Assembly (NCBI GenBank): GCA_024280475.1
Contig: JAJRQA010000035.1
Coordinates: 5,414-69,413, forward strand
Direction: 5' to 3'
Length of the DNA: 64,000 nt
Source of the DNA: Alphaproteobacteria bacterium
GTDB taxonomy: Bacteria > Pseudomonadota > Alphaproteobacteria > Rhizobiales > JAKIUO01
In this document: piece after piece, positions 20,052 through 31,710 of the stretch
Layout: each line of letters starts with the position of its first letter
Numbering within the stretch: position 1 is the stretch's first letter
Position numbers and translations under genes: made by a program
The notes under the pieces: model-generated
What the model was told of the DNA's origin: nothing
The model's input: the letters and a program-made list of their open reading frames with translations, nothing else
Database searches by the model: none

Positions 20052-20266
20052 CTGCCTGGCTAAGCAAACAAGGCGCTGCTCCCACATTACCTTCCCAACT
20101 GCCCCGCCTCTGGCGGAGGCTTACTTGCGGCCATATCCAGGTGCCAGCGGGAAGGCTTTGACGTAGGTGTATTTTTATGACATATATTATATCTATATAT
20201 AACCTGAGAGCATATGGCCCAAAAAGGTGATTGCAGACCTACTTCTATGACGAAGACCTAAAACAC

Positions 20267-20842
20267 ATGAATATACGCACGCTTTGCCTTGGCATTTTAC
20301 AATTTGACGATGCCACAGGTTATGAAATCAACAAGCTGGTGGCCGATGGTCGCTTCAGCCATTTCATCGAAGCCAGCTATGGCTCGATTTACCCTGCCTT
20401 GACTAAAATGATGCAAGAAGAGCTCGTCACCTGCCGCACCGAAATTCAGCCAGGCAAGCCATCGCGTAAAATCTACGCGATCACTCCTGCTGGGCAGGCG
20501 GAGTTGTTTCGCGCCCTTGAAGAAAGCCCCAAACCGAACCGCTTCAAATCCGAATTTCTGTTTTTGGGGCTCTTTGCCAATGTGCTCCCAGCAGCTTTGA
20601 CGAAAAAAGCAATTAGGCAGCATGAAAACGAGCTTTCGGTGCTGGTCGAAGATATGCAGACCCACTATGACTGTTGCAAAAAACCCGGTAGCCAGTTCGC
20701 TATAGGCTATGGCATCGCCGCCAACAAGGCTGCCCTTGAGTATTTGCGCCAAAGTAAGCATTTGTTGCTTGAAAGTGAGCATTCCAAAGATCTAACCGAA
20801 GATGTAACTGGCGATGTTGCAAAGGAGACCTCTTATGAGTGA
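20267..20842 (+). CDS. PadR family transcriptional regulator
   Basis: ATGYEI, ASYGSIYPAL, KPSRKIYAITPAG; overlaps the start of the MFP gene. Confidence 0.9.
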   Translation: MNIRTLCLGILQFDDATGYEINKLVADGRFSHFIEASYGSIYPALTKMMQEELVTCRTEIQPGKPSRKIYAITPAGQAELFRALEESPKPNRFKSEFLFLGLFANVLPAALTKKAIRQHENELSVLVEDMQTHYDCCKKPGSQFAIGYGIAANKAALEYLRQSKHLLLESEHSKDLTEDVTGDVAKETSYE

Positions 20843-22142
20843 TCAAAGCCATCGCGCTCAATCCAAAACAGCTCCCTCCCACCGCAAATCCTTCCTGAAG
20901 GGAAACTCGTCGCTATTGGCCATGTTTATCCTTGGCTTCATTGCCGTGTGGATGCTGTCTGGTGAGATTGTCGTGGGCGGCAGTGATACGGACAAAGTCC
21001 CCCCGATCGCCAGCCAGGAAAACAACGATAGCTCAGGCGGTAGCTCACAAGACAGCGCAAGCGGCGCTTACTCAATTGCATCAGGACCAAGCACGCAGAC
21101 AGACACGAAAGAAGCTGCGAAAGTCAAAAAACTGTTTACGGTCCGGGCCAGGCTGTTCATCTCGCGTCCTCGCCGCGAAGTGTTGCATATTCGTGCTCGT
21201 AGCCAGGCAGATGTCAGTGTTGAAGTGCGGGCAGAGACCTCTGGTCGCGTCGTGAAAATTCTGGTTCGCAAAGGAGATTTGATTAAACAGGGCCAGGTTC
21301 TTTGCAAACTCGATGAAGGCGCAAGGCAAGCAACCCTGTCGCAGGCCACCGCACTCCTCGCGCAGACCAAATCCGACTATCTCGCAGCGGCCAAACTTTC
21401 CAGAAGGGGCTTTTCCGCAAAGCTCAATGTGAATGCCAAGAAAGCGGCTTATAATGGCGCGATGGCCAGCGTAAAAAAAGCGCGGATCGATCTCGATTTC
21501 ACGTCGATCAGAGCGCCTTTTACGGGCATAATAGAAGAACAGTCCGCCAAAGTCGGAGATTATCTATCTGTTCTGACAGCCGGAAAAACCTGCGCAAAGC
21601 TTGTAAAGCTACATCCTTTGCTGATTGTCGGCGACGTTTCAGAACGCAATATCGCCAAACTCACGGTCGGACAAAAGGGCCGCGCCGAACTGGTCACGGG
21701 TGAAAAAGTACGTGGCCACATCCGTTTCATTTCCCCATCGGCCAAAGTCGAAACACGCACGTTTCGCGTTGAACTGGAAGTCGACAACAAAAAACTCAAA
21801 ATGAGAAATGGCGTGACATCCGACATTTATGTGCCGCTCAAATCCACCATTGGCCACCAGATTTCCCCAGCCTATCTGACCTTGAACGATGCGGGAGAAG
21901 TGGGAGTGCGCTCTATTGGCAAGGGTAATATTGTGAGGTTTTTACCAGTTAAAATACTCGAACAGGGTAAAGCCGGTGTTTGGGTTGCTGGTCTGCCGCA
22001 AAAAATCATCATCATTACAGTCGGCAATGACTATGTTGTCGATGGGCAAAAAGTACAAGTGGTGATGGATAGGCGAACCGGCCTCAAACGAGGTGCCAGT
22101 GGCATGAAAAATCATGGAGCCTCAAAACATGAACGCTCTTGA
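20835..22142 (+). CDS. RND efflux periplasmic adaptor (membrane fusion protein)
   Basis: N-terminal TM, VRAETSGRV, IRAPFTG, ETRTFRVE; AAGGAG RBS. Confidence 0.9.
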   Translation: MSDQSHRAQSKTAPSHRKSFLKGNSSLLAMFILGFIAVWMLSGEIVVGGSDTDKVPPIASQENNDSSGGSSQDSASGAYSIASGPSTQTDTKEAAKVKKLFTVRARLFISRPRREVLHIRARSQADVSVEVRAETSGRVVKILVRKGDLIKQGQVLCKLDEGARQATLSQATALLAQTKSDYLAAAKLSRRGFSAKLNVNAKKAAYNGAMASVKKARIDLDFTSIRAPFTGIIEEQSAKVGDYLSVLTAGKTCAKLVKLHPLLIVGDVSERNIAKLTVGQKGRAELVTGEKVRGHIRFISPSAKVETRTFRVELEVDNKKLKMRNGVTSDIYVPLKSTIGHQISPAYLTLNDAGEVGVRSIGKGNIVRFLPVKILEQGKAGVWVAGLPQKIIIITVGNDYVVDGQKVQVVMDRRTGLKRGASGMKNHGASKHERS

Positions 22143-25100
22143 AGCCATATTGCGGCGTCCACGATCCGTCCTCACCATGATGGTCGTCATGGTGATCGCC
22201 GGTATTTTTACCTATATCAACATTCCCAAAGAGTCTGACCCCGACATTGATGTGCCGGTTTTTTATGTCTCGATCGTCCACGAGGGCATCTCCCCTGAAG
22301 ATGCGGTGCGATTACTGATCAAGCCGATGGAAACAGAGTTACGCGGACTAGATGGCTTGAAGCAGATCACGACAACAGCTTCGACCGGTCATGCGGCCAT
22401 TGTGCTTGAGTTCAAAAGCGACATCGATCATGACGAGGCTTCAACCGATGTGCGTGAAAAAGTCGATCAGGCCCGCTCCAAACTGCCATCGGACGCCAAA
22501 GAGCCCACCGTCAACGAAATCAATTTCTCGCTCGCCCCCATTATCGCCGTGGTGATTTCGGGAGATGTGCCAGAGCGCACGCTCTACCGCCATGCGCGCC
22601 GCCTTAAGGATCAGATCGAAGCTATTTCCACCGTGCTGGAGGCGAACCTTACTGGTCACCGCGAAGAACTGCTGGAAGTGGTGATCAATCGCACGGCGCT
22701 TGAGAGTTACAATATTTCCCAAGAGCAGCTCGTCAACGCCGTCGTGCGCAACAATCAGCTGATCACCGCTGGCTTTATGGATGCCGGAGAAAATGGCGGC
22801 GGTGGCAGCTTTAACGTCAAGGTGCCGGGCCTGTTTGAAACGGCCAAAGATGTCTACGACCTGCCGATCGTCTCCACGAGTGACGGGGTCGTTACCCTCC
22901 AGGATGTTGCGGAAATAAAGCGCACCTTCAAAGACCGCACCAATTATTCACGCTTTAACGGCAAACCCGATATCGCCATTCAGGTCGTCAAGCGCCTTGG
23001 CACCAATGTGGTTGAAAACAGCGTCAGGGTTCGTGAAGTGGTCGAGGCTTTCACCAAGGACTGGCCCGAGGCCATCAAGGTTGATTTCGCACTTGATCAG
23101 TCTACATCTGTATTCGAAATTCTCAATTCCCTGCAATCCTCCATCATGACGGCCATTGCCCTTGTAATGGTGGTGGTAGTGGCCGCGTTGGGCATGCGCT
23201 CCTCATTGCTTGTTGGTCTGTCGATCCCCGCATCGTTCATGGTCAGCTTCTTGATCCTTGGACTGATGGGACACACCCTCAATATGATGCACATGTTCGG
23301 CATGGTGCTAACCGTTGGGATTCTGGTGGACGGCGCAATTGTCATTGTCGAATATGCCGATCGAAAAGTCGCCGAGGGACTGCATCGACGAGAGGCCTAT
23401 ATTCTAGCCGCCAATCGCATGTTCTGGCCCATTGTCAGCTCAACCGCTACGACCCTTGTGGCGTTCGCACCAATGATCTTGTGGCCCGGCGTGGCTGGCA
23501 AATTCATGTCCTACCTGCCGTTTACTGTGATCATTGTGCTGTCCGCCTCGCTGCTCACAGCCATGATCTTCTTGCCCGTACTTGGCGGCTTGCTGGGACG
23601 CAATAAAATCTCGAACGAAGATGCTCAATCAGCCAACCAGCTAGCGGGGGGCTCGCATGTTGACTATGATAATATCCGCGGCATGGCAGGCACCTATATT
23701 CGCTTGCTGGAGCGCCTTGTAAGACATCCTTTCCTCGTTTTACTCGCCAGCGCGCTGGTCGTCGTTGGCGTGTTTTTGAGCTTCCAGAAACTCGCCGCTG
23801 GCGTCGAGTTTTTTGTCGATACCGAACCAGAACAGGCTTTTGTGTTTGTATCTGGTCGCGGCAATATGTCGGCCAAGGAAAAATTTGACCTGGTGCTTGA
23901 AGTCGAAAAACGCGTCCTTGAGGTCGGGGGACTCAAATCGGTATTCACAACCATCGGCACCGTTGGATCTGGCAACCAGTTTGATGGTGGCGGCGCTGAT
24001 CGCCCAACCGATCTAATTGGCCAGCTCATTTTGGAACCGGCCGACTATAATCTGCGTCGCAAGGGCAAAGCCATCCTCGAAGAAATCCGCAGCAAAATGG
24101 TCAATCTTCCCGGCATTGTCGTCGAGGTCCGCAAGAGAGAAGAAGGCCCGCCCACCGGCAAGGATATCCGCCTGCAAATAACGGGAGGCAATCTTGCGTA
24201 AGTGGAAGAAACAACAAGGCGCGTGCGTAAATATTTCGATGAACAGGTCACCGACATTCGCGATGTGGAAGACAGCACCCCATTGCCCGGCATTGAATGG
24301 GTACTCGACGTGGACCGCAAAGAAGCGGCGCGCTTTGGCACCGATATCTTGTCGGTTGGCTCAATGATCCAGCTCGTCACCAATGGTTTATTGATTGGCA
24401 CCTATCGCCCCGATGATGCGGAAGATGAAATCGACATAAGAGTGCGCCTGCCCCGCGGTGAGCGCACCATAAACCAGCTTGATCAGTTACGCGTTGTAAC
24501 CAAGAACGGTCCCGTTCCCCTGACCAATTTTGTCACCAGAAAAGCCCAGCAAAAAGTCAGCTCTATCACCAGAAGAGATGGCCGCTACATGATGTTGGTA
24601 AAAGCCAATGCAGCCAATGGCGTTTTGGGTGGCGATAAAATAGCGCAGATCGACAAATGGCTCAAACAGCAAACCTGGCCCACAGATATTGATCTCGTAT
24701 TCAAGGGTGCCGATGAGGATCAAAAGAAATCAGGCGAGTTTCTGGTCAAGGCCATGATCGGCGCACTGTTCATGATGTTCATCATTCTAGTGACCCAGTT
24801 CAACAGCTTCTATCAAACGGCCATCACCTTGCTCACCGTTATGCTGTCGCTTGTTGGCGTGCTGATCGGCATGATGGTCACAGGGCAGTTGTTCTCGATC
24901 ATCATGACCGGTACGGGCGTTGTGGCGCTGGCCGGGATTGTCGTCAACAATTCAATTGTGCTGATTGATACGTTCAATCATTTCCACAAGGAGTTGAAAA
25001 TACCGGTTGTGGATGCGGCCCTGCGTGCCTCGGCGCAACGTCTGCGACCGGTATTACTCACCACCATTACCACCATATGCGGCCTGGCTCCCATGGCCCT

Positions 25101-25368
25101 GCAAATCAATCTCGACTTTTTCAACCGGATTGTGCAGCTAGGATCGGTAACCTCGATCTGGTGGGTGCAGCTTTCAACCGCGATCATTTTCGGTCTCGGC
25201 TTTGCAACCATATTGACGTTGATTTTAACCCCGACACTACTCACGATGCCAACCATCCTGAAGCGCAACTTTGTACGCAAAAAAGCGCTGCGAAGACGCG
25301 GCAAGAGGGCCGCCATTCAACCAAAGACAATGCCACCCTTGCAAGAAATGCCTAAAGCTGCAGAGTAG
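22129..25368 (+). pseudogene. RND permease (AcrB/AcrD/AcrF family) interrupted by a single in-frame TAA at 24199-24201
   Basis: ORFs 22114-24201 and 24202-25368 share one frame. Joined they give about 1079 codons with GILVDGAIVIVE and GIVVNNSIVLID...RLRPVLLT motifs. Confidence 0.8.
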
Positions 25369-25413
25369 ACTGGACGATATTTGAGGGGTTCGCAAAGAAC
25401 CCTGATCACCTGA

Positions 25414-26313
25414 CTATTGAAGTCTGTCGGACTGGGGCCTGATATTCTTTTCATCAATGTTGGCAATATCGTCATCCTTGCCTTTTGCCTTGTCGCCTTC
25501 CCTGCTCTTGCGGCGCCGTTTATGGCGGGCATCAAGAGCGCGATAGCGCAGATAGCTATAGGGTATAATCGCCAGATAGACCAACGAGCCAATAATCAAC
25601 ATGGCCCAGTTATAAGTAAACAAGAGCGCTGCCAATATCACCGCAGCAACCAGAATAGGCAGCACATATTCGCGGTCAATTTTAGCGCCAATTAGCTTAC
25701 CGGAAAAGGTTGGCACCTTGGACACCATCATCAAGCCGACAAATAACACATGCAGCAATATCAACGGCTTCAAGACTTCGACTCCCTGCACCCCCAGAAA
25801 CGAGAAATACAAGGGTAACAGCACGACAATTGCAGCAGCTGGCGCCGGAATGCCAGTGAAAAAGTTTTTCTTCCAGGCCGGGGCTTCGTCATCATCAAGG
25901 GCAACATTAAAACGCGCCAGACGAAGAGCGGCGCACAAGGTATAGATCAACACCGCGATCCAGCCGATCGAGCGCAATCCATCAAGCGCCCAGGTAAAAA
26001 TAATGATCGCGGGAGCGACGCCAAAATTGACGAAATCAGCCAGGCTATCAAGCTCCGCGCCAAACCGGCTTGAGGCCTTGAGCATGCGCGCCACGCGGCC
26101 ATCAAGCGCATCAAGGATCGCCGCGATGAAAATCATTGCAATGGCCAGCTCATAGCGATGTTCGATGCCCATGCGAATAGCCGTAAGACCGGCACTCAAG
26201 CCCAAAAGGGTGATCATGTTGGGGATCAGCAGGCGCACGGGGACAGGTCGTTTCAGCGGAAAGCGTCGTCTGATACGAGCACCAGCTTTGCGTGATTGTG
26301 AAAATGGCGCCAT
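25414..26313 (-). CDS. pssA: CDP-diacylglycerol--serine O-phosphatidyltransferase
   Basis: PNMITL, DALDGRVAR, GAELDSLADFVNFGVAPA, LRLARFN; adjacent to psd. Confidence 0.95.
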   Translation of the reverse strand: MAPFSQSRKAGARIRRRFPLKRPVPVRLLIPNMITLLGLSAGLTAIRMGIEHRYELAIAMIFIAAILDALDGRVARMLKASSRFGAELDSLADFVNFGVAPAIIIFTWALDGLRSIGWIAVLIYTLCAALRLARFNVALDDDEAPAWKKNFFTGIPAPAAAIVVLLPLYFSFLGVQGVEVLKPLILLHVLFVGLMMVSKVPTFSGKLIGAKIDREYVLPILVAAVILAALLFTYNWAMLIIGSLVYLAIIPYSYLRYRALDARHKRRRKSREGDKAKGKDDDIANIDEKNIRPQSDRLQ

Positions 26314-26376
26314 TTCATGCCTTTCAGAATGAGTTCATGACCTAGTATATCACCCAAACATCGACAAAGCACGGTC

Positions 26377-27090
26377 CTAAATGGCGCGTGTCTCGCGTAC
26401 GGGATCATTTTGACTTAGATCAGCAATCACTGTCTCGCCGCCAATCGCCGTTTGCCCAACCGCCACCAGCGGTATGGTGCCTTGCGGCAGATAGACATCC
26501 ACGCGCGAGCCAAAGCGGATCAATCCAAATCGCTCGCCAACCCCGATCCGCTGACCTTTTTCGACGAAACCAATGATCCGGCGCGCGATCAACCCGGCGA
26601 TGGCCACAACAGCGATTTTCTTGCCATCAATGGTTTCAATAATCAGCGAGGAGCGCTCATTGTCTTCACTGGCCTTGTCGAGTTCGGCATTTAGAAACAG
26701 CCCCGGCGTATAGATCTTCTCAATGATTTCGCCTGACACTGGAGCACGGTTGATATGAACGTCAAACACCGACAGAAAAATCGACACTTTCAAGCGCATA
26801 TCCGGCCCCAGTCCCAGCTCTTCAGGGGGAGATATTTCTTCGATCATGGAGACACGACCATCGGCTGCCGCAATGATCAGCCCAGCCTGCTGCGGCACAA
26901 TTCTTTCGGGGTCACGAAAGAAATAAGCCACATAAGCAACAATGATAAATAATAAAAGTCCAAGCACGTTTGAGAGCAAAAACCCCAAAACGGCGACAAT
27001 CGTGGCAATCGCCACAAACTTGTGACCATCTGGATGTATGGGAACAAAAAATCCCAGAATACTATTGAATACCGAACCGTTTTGCGACAA
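26377..27090 (-). CDS. psd: Phosphatidylserine decarboxylase
   Basis: YFFRDPER, IFLSVFDVHINRAP, GLIRFGSRVD (GS self-cleavage site). Confidence 0.95.
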   Translation of the reverse strand: MSQNGSVFNSILGFFVPIHPDGHKFVAIATIVAVLGFLLSNVLGLLLFIIVAYVAYFFRDPERIVPQQAGLIIAAADGRVSMIEEISPPEELGLGPDMRLKVSIFLSVFDVHINRAPVSGEIIEKIYTPGLFLNAELDKASEDNERSSLIIETIDGKKIAVVAIAGLIARRIIGFVEKGQRIGVGERFGLIRFGSRVDVYLPQGTIPLVAVGQTAIGGETVIADLSQNDPVRETRAI

Positions 27091-27406
27091 ATCGGCCTCC
27101 CTTACTGGTCATTGTTTTAATCACGCTCTTGATCGCGCAAAACCCGCTACAAGCGGGCTTTTCCTGTTGAGCTAACGATATACGGCAATTGCTTGCAAAC
27201 GACAAGCACTACCCTAATTGCGTCCCCAGGCATAAAGCGCTGCCCTCCTCAAACTTGATTGTTCTTCAAGATCGTGAGCAGATAGCTATAAAAAAAGCAC
27301 TGGAACACCTTTTTTTGACAATATATGCTGGGATAAATTAAGCGAATAATCCCGCAATAGTGAGTTTGAAACAAGGTTTGATACCAAACATATTTGGAGA
27401 AGAATA

Positions 27407-28387
27407 ATGGGTATGATTATGGGGATGGGACATTGGCTATTGTGGATTGTCGCAGCTATTATCGCAGTATCTTTGCTGATTGCTATGATTGGCTGGATGC
27501 GCCGCACAAAAGAACAAGGTTTGGCCAATACGCAGGGCCGTGCCGAAACATTGGCCAGCATAACGGATGACCCCGCGCAGGCCTCTTCGGGGATGAATAC
27601 AAACAATCACTCAGACTATCATGATCAAGCCAAACATCAGGGCTGGGGTTTCTGGCCCTGGGCGCTTCTCACCCTATTGTTCGTTGGAGGGCTGGCATGG
27701 CTGATCTGGAATTCCAGCATGGCTCCAGGCGCTGGTGCGTTCAAATGGATCTTGTGGGCACTGCTGCCAATGGCTGGCCTGATCAGTATTTTGGGCATTA
27801 CCCAAATGACCCGCCGCCACCCCCTTGTCGATGAGAAAAAAGGCCGGCCGCGCGGAGTTGGCTTTCTCACTTTAATCTCGGGTCTGGCCCTTGGCCTTGC
27901 CAGCTGGTTTGTCTGGCAACCAAAAGTTGCCAGCTTTGATCGCATGCAAGACACTGTCGCCGCATTGCAGGCTAAAAATGATGGCTTCGTCTCCAAAATT
28001 GCGTCGCGTAATACCATCATCGAAAGGCTGGAAGGCGAGGTCGAAACCGGCGCGTTAAAATATGCTGAGCTAGAAGACGATATTAATGCCGACAATTCCA
28101 GCAATGCTGGGGAAATAAGCAAACTGAATGGCGTTATCAGCGGCCTTCGCACCAAACTTGGCGCCATTAAAACTGCTGGCAATGATGATACATCGCGCCT
28201 TACTGCCCGTGTTCGCAGCCTGACATCAGAAAAAGAAAATACGGATATTGAAAACACCCGCATCAAGGGCTTACTAAATGCGTATCGAAATGACAGCGAA
28301 GTGCAAAGTGCCAAGATCGCGGCTCTTGAATCCGAACTTGAGACATTACGAAATAGTGCTGGTACCAAGCCAGACAATGGCAATTAG
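27407..28387 (+). CDS. Hypothetical membrane protein, four TMs plus C-terminal coiled coil
   Basis: GGAGA RBS; four Trp-rich hydrophobic segments; heptad-like C-terminal half; followed by a terminator. Confidence 0.75.
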   Translation: MGMIMGMGHWLLWIVAAIIAVSLLIAMIGWMRRTKEQGLANTQGRAETLASITDDPAQASSGMNTNNHSDYHDQAKHQGWGFWPWALLTLLFVGGLAWLIWNSSMAPGAGAFKWILWALLPMAGLISILGITQMTRRHPLVDEKKGRPRGVGFLTLISGLALGLASWFVWQPKVASFDRMQDTVAALQAKNDGFVSKIASRNTIIERLEGEVETGALKYAELEDDINADNSSNAGEISKLNGVISGLRTKLGAIKTAGNDDTSRLTARVRSLTSEKENTDIENTRIKGLLNAYRNDSEVQSAKIAALESELETLRNSAGTKPDNGN

Positions 28388-28414
28388 CAGTTGGTCCAAC
28401 ATAAGCGCATAAAT

Positions 28415-28453
28415 ATGACAAAGCCCGCTAAGTAAAATAGCGGGCTTTGTCAT
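28415..28453. terminator. Bidirectional terminator-like hairpin
   Basis: ATGACAAAGCCCGCTA-AGTAAAA-TAGCGGGCTTTGTCAT between convergent genes. Confidence 0.8.
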
Positions 28454-30319
28454 TTATTCCTCTTCCAGGACATTGGCGAGTTTTTGCCGCGCTTCGTCGG
28501 CTTCGCGCTGGCGCGCCCATAGACCGGCATAGAGCCCGTTTTTCTTCAACAGCTCACCATGATTGCCCTGCTCGGCAATCCCGCCTTTTTCGAGCACAAT
28601 AATATTGTCGGCATGGATGATGGTCGAGAGGCGATGGGCGATGACCAGCGTTGTACGATTCTGGGCGACCTCATCAAGCGCCGCTTGAATTTCTTTTTCC
28701 GTATAGCTGTCAAGCGCACTGGTTGCTTCATCCAGCATCAAAATAGGCGGTGCCTTCAATATGGTGCGGGCAATAGCAACACGCTGCTTCTCGCCGCCCG
28801 ACAATTTCAGCCCGCGCTCTCCCACCAGACTGTCATAGCCCTTTGGCAAATCGAGAATAAAATCATGGATATGAGCCATTTTAGCTGCCATTATCACCTC
28901 GTCGCGGGACGCATCTGGATTGCCATAAGCTATATTGTAATAGATCGTGTCATTGAACAAAACCGTGTCTTGTGGCACCACACCGATGGCTTTGCGCAGA
29001 CTTGCTTGCGTCACCTCCGCAATGTCTTGGCCATCCACTTTGATCGCCCCTCCAAGCGGCTCATAGAAGCGAAACAGCAATCGCGATATGGTCGATTTTC
29101 CCGCCCCCGAGGGACCGACAATGGCCACCATCTGACCGGCAGGCACATCAAAACTCACATCCTTGATGATCGGGCGTTCCACATCATAGGAAAAATTGAC
29201 ACCTTCGAAACGGATATGGCCCTTGTCGACGTTGAGCGCTTTGGCTCCTGGCATATCGATGATTTCCGGTTTGGTATTCAAAATGCCAAACAAGTTCTCA
29301 AGGTCCACCAGTGATTGGCGAATGGCCCGATAGATTGTCCCCATCAGATGCAGAGGCTGATAAAGCTGGATCAACAAGGCATTGATCATCACAAAATCGC
29401 CGATTGTGAACTGGCCCGCCGCCACGCGCGCCCCGGCAATCAACATACAAATGGTCAGCCCGGCAGTGAAAATCAGTGCCTGACCAGCGTTCAGCATGCC
29501 CAGCGAATAGTGGGTCTTGATGGCCGCCGCTTCATATTGCTCACGCGAGGTATCATAGCGTTTTTGCTCAAGCTTTTCATTGCCGAAATATTTGACGGTT
29601 TCATAGTTGAGCAGGCTGTCAACCGCCTTGGTACCGGCTTCATTATCGGCTTTTGTAAGCTCGCGGATGATACTGACGCGCCACTCACTGGCCCGAATTG
29701 TGAACCAGATATAGATCAAAATAGTCACCGCAACGACGACCACGAACTCCCAGCCAATATACCAGGACAGCACCACCGCGATCAGCCCGAATTCCACCAG
29801 TGTCGGGATCGAGTTGAGCAATCCCATGCGGATGATCAGCTCCACCGCGTCAACGCCTCGTTCAATGGCCCGCGCGTGACCACCGGTCTGGCGCTCCAGA
29901 TGATAGCTAAGGGACAATTTGTGAGTATGGGCAAAAGCGCGGTTCGACAGGGACCGCACGGCATGCTGGCCCACATTGACGAATAACACATCGCGGATCT
30001 GATTGAAGATGATCATCATGATACGACCCAACCCGTAAGCCAGGATAAGCATGACAGGGGTCGCTAGCAGCACCGTTGTGGACGCGGCTACCGTTGGATC
30101 TACGCCCTGCCCGGTCAATAGATCAACTGCGCCCTTGTAAGCAATCGGCGTTGCCACGGTGATTAATTTGGCAATAATCAAAGAGACAAAGGCAAGGGCG
30201 ACACGAATACGCAAATCGCGCCGGTCAGCTGGCCAGATATAAGGCAGCAGATCGCGCAGCACCGCCTTCTCATCTATATTCTTGTTTTCAAAAGTCGCGC
30301 GCGCCGCTCCCTTGGCCAT
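28454..30319 (-). CDS. ATM1/HMT-type ABC transporter (fused permease-ATPase)
   Basis: DSLLNYETVKYF, GPSGAGKST, VPQDTVLFNDT, GERGLKLSGGEKQRVAIAR, LDEATSALD. Confidence 0.95.
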   Translation of the reverse strand: MAKGAARATFENKNIDEKAVLRDLLPYIWPADRRDLRIRVALAFVSLIIAKLITVATPIAYKGAVDLLTGQGVDPTVAASTTVLLATPVMLILAYGLGRIMMIIFNQIRDVLFVNVGQHAVRSLSNRAFAHTHKLSLSYHLERQTGGHARAIERGVDAVELIIRMGLLNSIPTLVEFGLIAVVLSWYIGWEFVVVVAVTILIYIWFTIRASEWRVSIIRELTKADNEAGTKAVDSLLNYETVKYFGNEKLEQKRYDTSREQYEAAAIKTHYSLGMLNAGQALIFTAGLTICMLIAGARVAAGQFTIGDFVMINALLIQLYQPLHLMGTIYRAIRQSLVDLENLFGILNTKPEIIDMPGAKALNVDKGHIRFEGVNFSYDVERPIIKDVSFDVPAGQMVAIVGPSGAGKSTISRLLFRFYEPLGGAIKVDGQDIAEVTQASLRKAIGVVPQDTVLFNDTIYYNIAYGNPDASRDEVIMAAKMAHIHDFILDLPKGYDSLVGERGLKLSGGEKQRVAIARTILKAPPILMLDEATSALDSYTEKEIQAALDEVAQNRTTLVIAHRLSTIIHADNIIVLEKGGIAEQGNHGELLKKNGLYAGLWARQREADEARQKLANVLEEE

Positions 30320-30482
30320 ACAGGCTCCTGTCAAAAGTTTTTGGAGCTGCACAAAACCAGCAGAACCCAATTTTCAAATCTTCGTATATATAGGCGGAGG
30401 CGTTCGCACAGGCAAGTGATGTCAGAATATTGGACAGCTCCACAAATGGCGTTTAGACAATCAACAAAAAGGATAGCCCACC

Positions 30483-31418
30483 ATGCGGATCATATTTATG
30501 GGGACGCCGGATTTTTCCGTGCCGACATTGGATGCCCTGCTGAAAGCTGGTCATGAGGTGGTTGCTGTTTACAGCCAGCCCCCAAGACCGGCTGGGCGAG
30601 GCAAGAAGGACCGCTTGTCGCCGGTTCATCTGTTTGCGAACCAACAAGGGCTTGAAGTGCGCACCCCCATTAGCTTGCGCAAGCTTGATGCCCGCAAGGC
30701 ATTTGAAGCTCTTGACGCAGATGTCGCCATTGTCGTCGCCTATGGGCTGATCCTTGGACCAAAAGTGCTGGCCGCCCCAAAACATGGCTGCCTCAATCTG
30801 CACGGCTCGATACTGCCACGCTGGCGGGGGGCAGCTCCCATCCAGCGCGCCATCATGGCGGGAGACAAGATATCGGGGATTGAGGTCATGCGCATGGAAA
30901 AAGGGCTCGACACCGGCCCCGTATGCATGAGCGCAAAAACCGCCATAACACCCGATATGAGCGCAGGAGAGTTGCACGATGATTTAATGGAGCGCGGAGC
31001 CGATTTAATGGTGGAAGCGCTCGCAAAACTGCAAGAGGGATCACTTTCGTGTGCCGCGCAGCCCGCTGAAGGCATCACCTATGCCAGCAAAATAGAGAAA
31101 TCGGAAACCCGTATCGACTGGAACCAGAACGCCATACAAGTTCACAACCATATTCGCGGCCTCTCCCCGTTTCCAGGAGCCTGGTTCGAGATTGAAATGA
31201 AGGGAAAGAATGAGCGGATCAAAGTGTTAAGCAGTCAACCGGTCAAACAGATCACAGATGAGGCACGCGCGGGTCAATTGCTGGATGATCAGCTATTGGT
31301 TGCCTGCGGTGAGGGAGCTTTGCGCCTTGTCAAGCTACAGCGCGCTGGCAAGCGAGCTATGACCTCAGCCGACCTTTTGCTAGGACTGCCTATAGCAGCT
31401 GGACAAAACCTCAAATAG
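30483..31418 (+). CDS. fmt: Methionyl-tRNA formyltransferase
   Basis: MRIIFMGTPDF, VVAYGLIL, NLHGSILPRWRGAAPIQRAI, GLDTG. Confidence 0.98.
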   Translation: MRIIFMGTPDFSVPTLDALLKAGHEVVAVYSQPPRPAGRGKKDRLSPVHLFANQQGLEVRTPISLRKLDARKAFEALDADVAIVVAYGLILGPKVLAAPKHGCLNLHGSILPRWRGAAPIQRAIMAGDKISGIEVMRMEKGLDTGPVCMSAKTAITPDMSAGELHDDLMERGADLMVEALAKLQEGSLSCAAQPAEGITYASKIEKSETRIDWNQNAIQVHNHIRGLSPFPGAWFEIEMKGKNERIKVLSSQPVKQITDEARAGQLLDDQLLVACGEGALRLVKLQRAGKRAMTSADLLLGLPIAAGQNLK

Positions 31419-31446
31419 CCAGATCTTGGGCACCAGAGAATGACTG

Positions 31447-31710
31447 CTAAGCGGAAATTTCTGGCTTGGCGACACGATCTAGCGGCAGCTCATTGGAAAG
31501 CCCCCAAATATCACGCTCTTCATTGTTTGAATGACGAGAACCATAATAAATCGTAGGGATAAAAGATTTGCTGACAAGCTCTTCTCTTTGCTCGAAAAGA
31601 GGTTTTATGAGCTCACTAGCTTGAGATTTAGTGGCCAGCGATAAAACGAGCGCCGCAACAAAGCATCCCGTTAGAATGCCCTTAAAAAGATTCGCACTAT
31701 TCTGTTCCAT
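31447..31710 (-). CDS. Small hypothetical secreted protein
   Basis: GGAG RBS; signal-peptide-like N-terminus ending SQA|SE; 87 aa. Confidence 0.55.
   Translation of the reverse strand: MEQNSANLFKGILTGCFVAALVLSLATKSQASELIKPLFEQREELVSKSFIPTIYYGSRHSNNEERDIWGLSNELPLDRVAKPEISA

Noticed and set aside
24199-24201. Selenocysteine or pyrrolysine recoding in the RND gene
   Set aside because: The codon is TAA, not TGA or TAG, and RND permeases are not known recoding targets.
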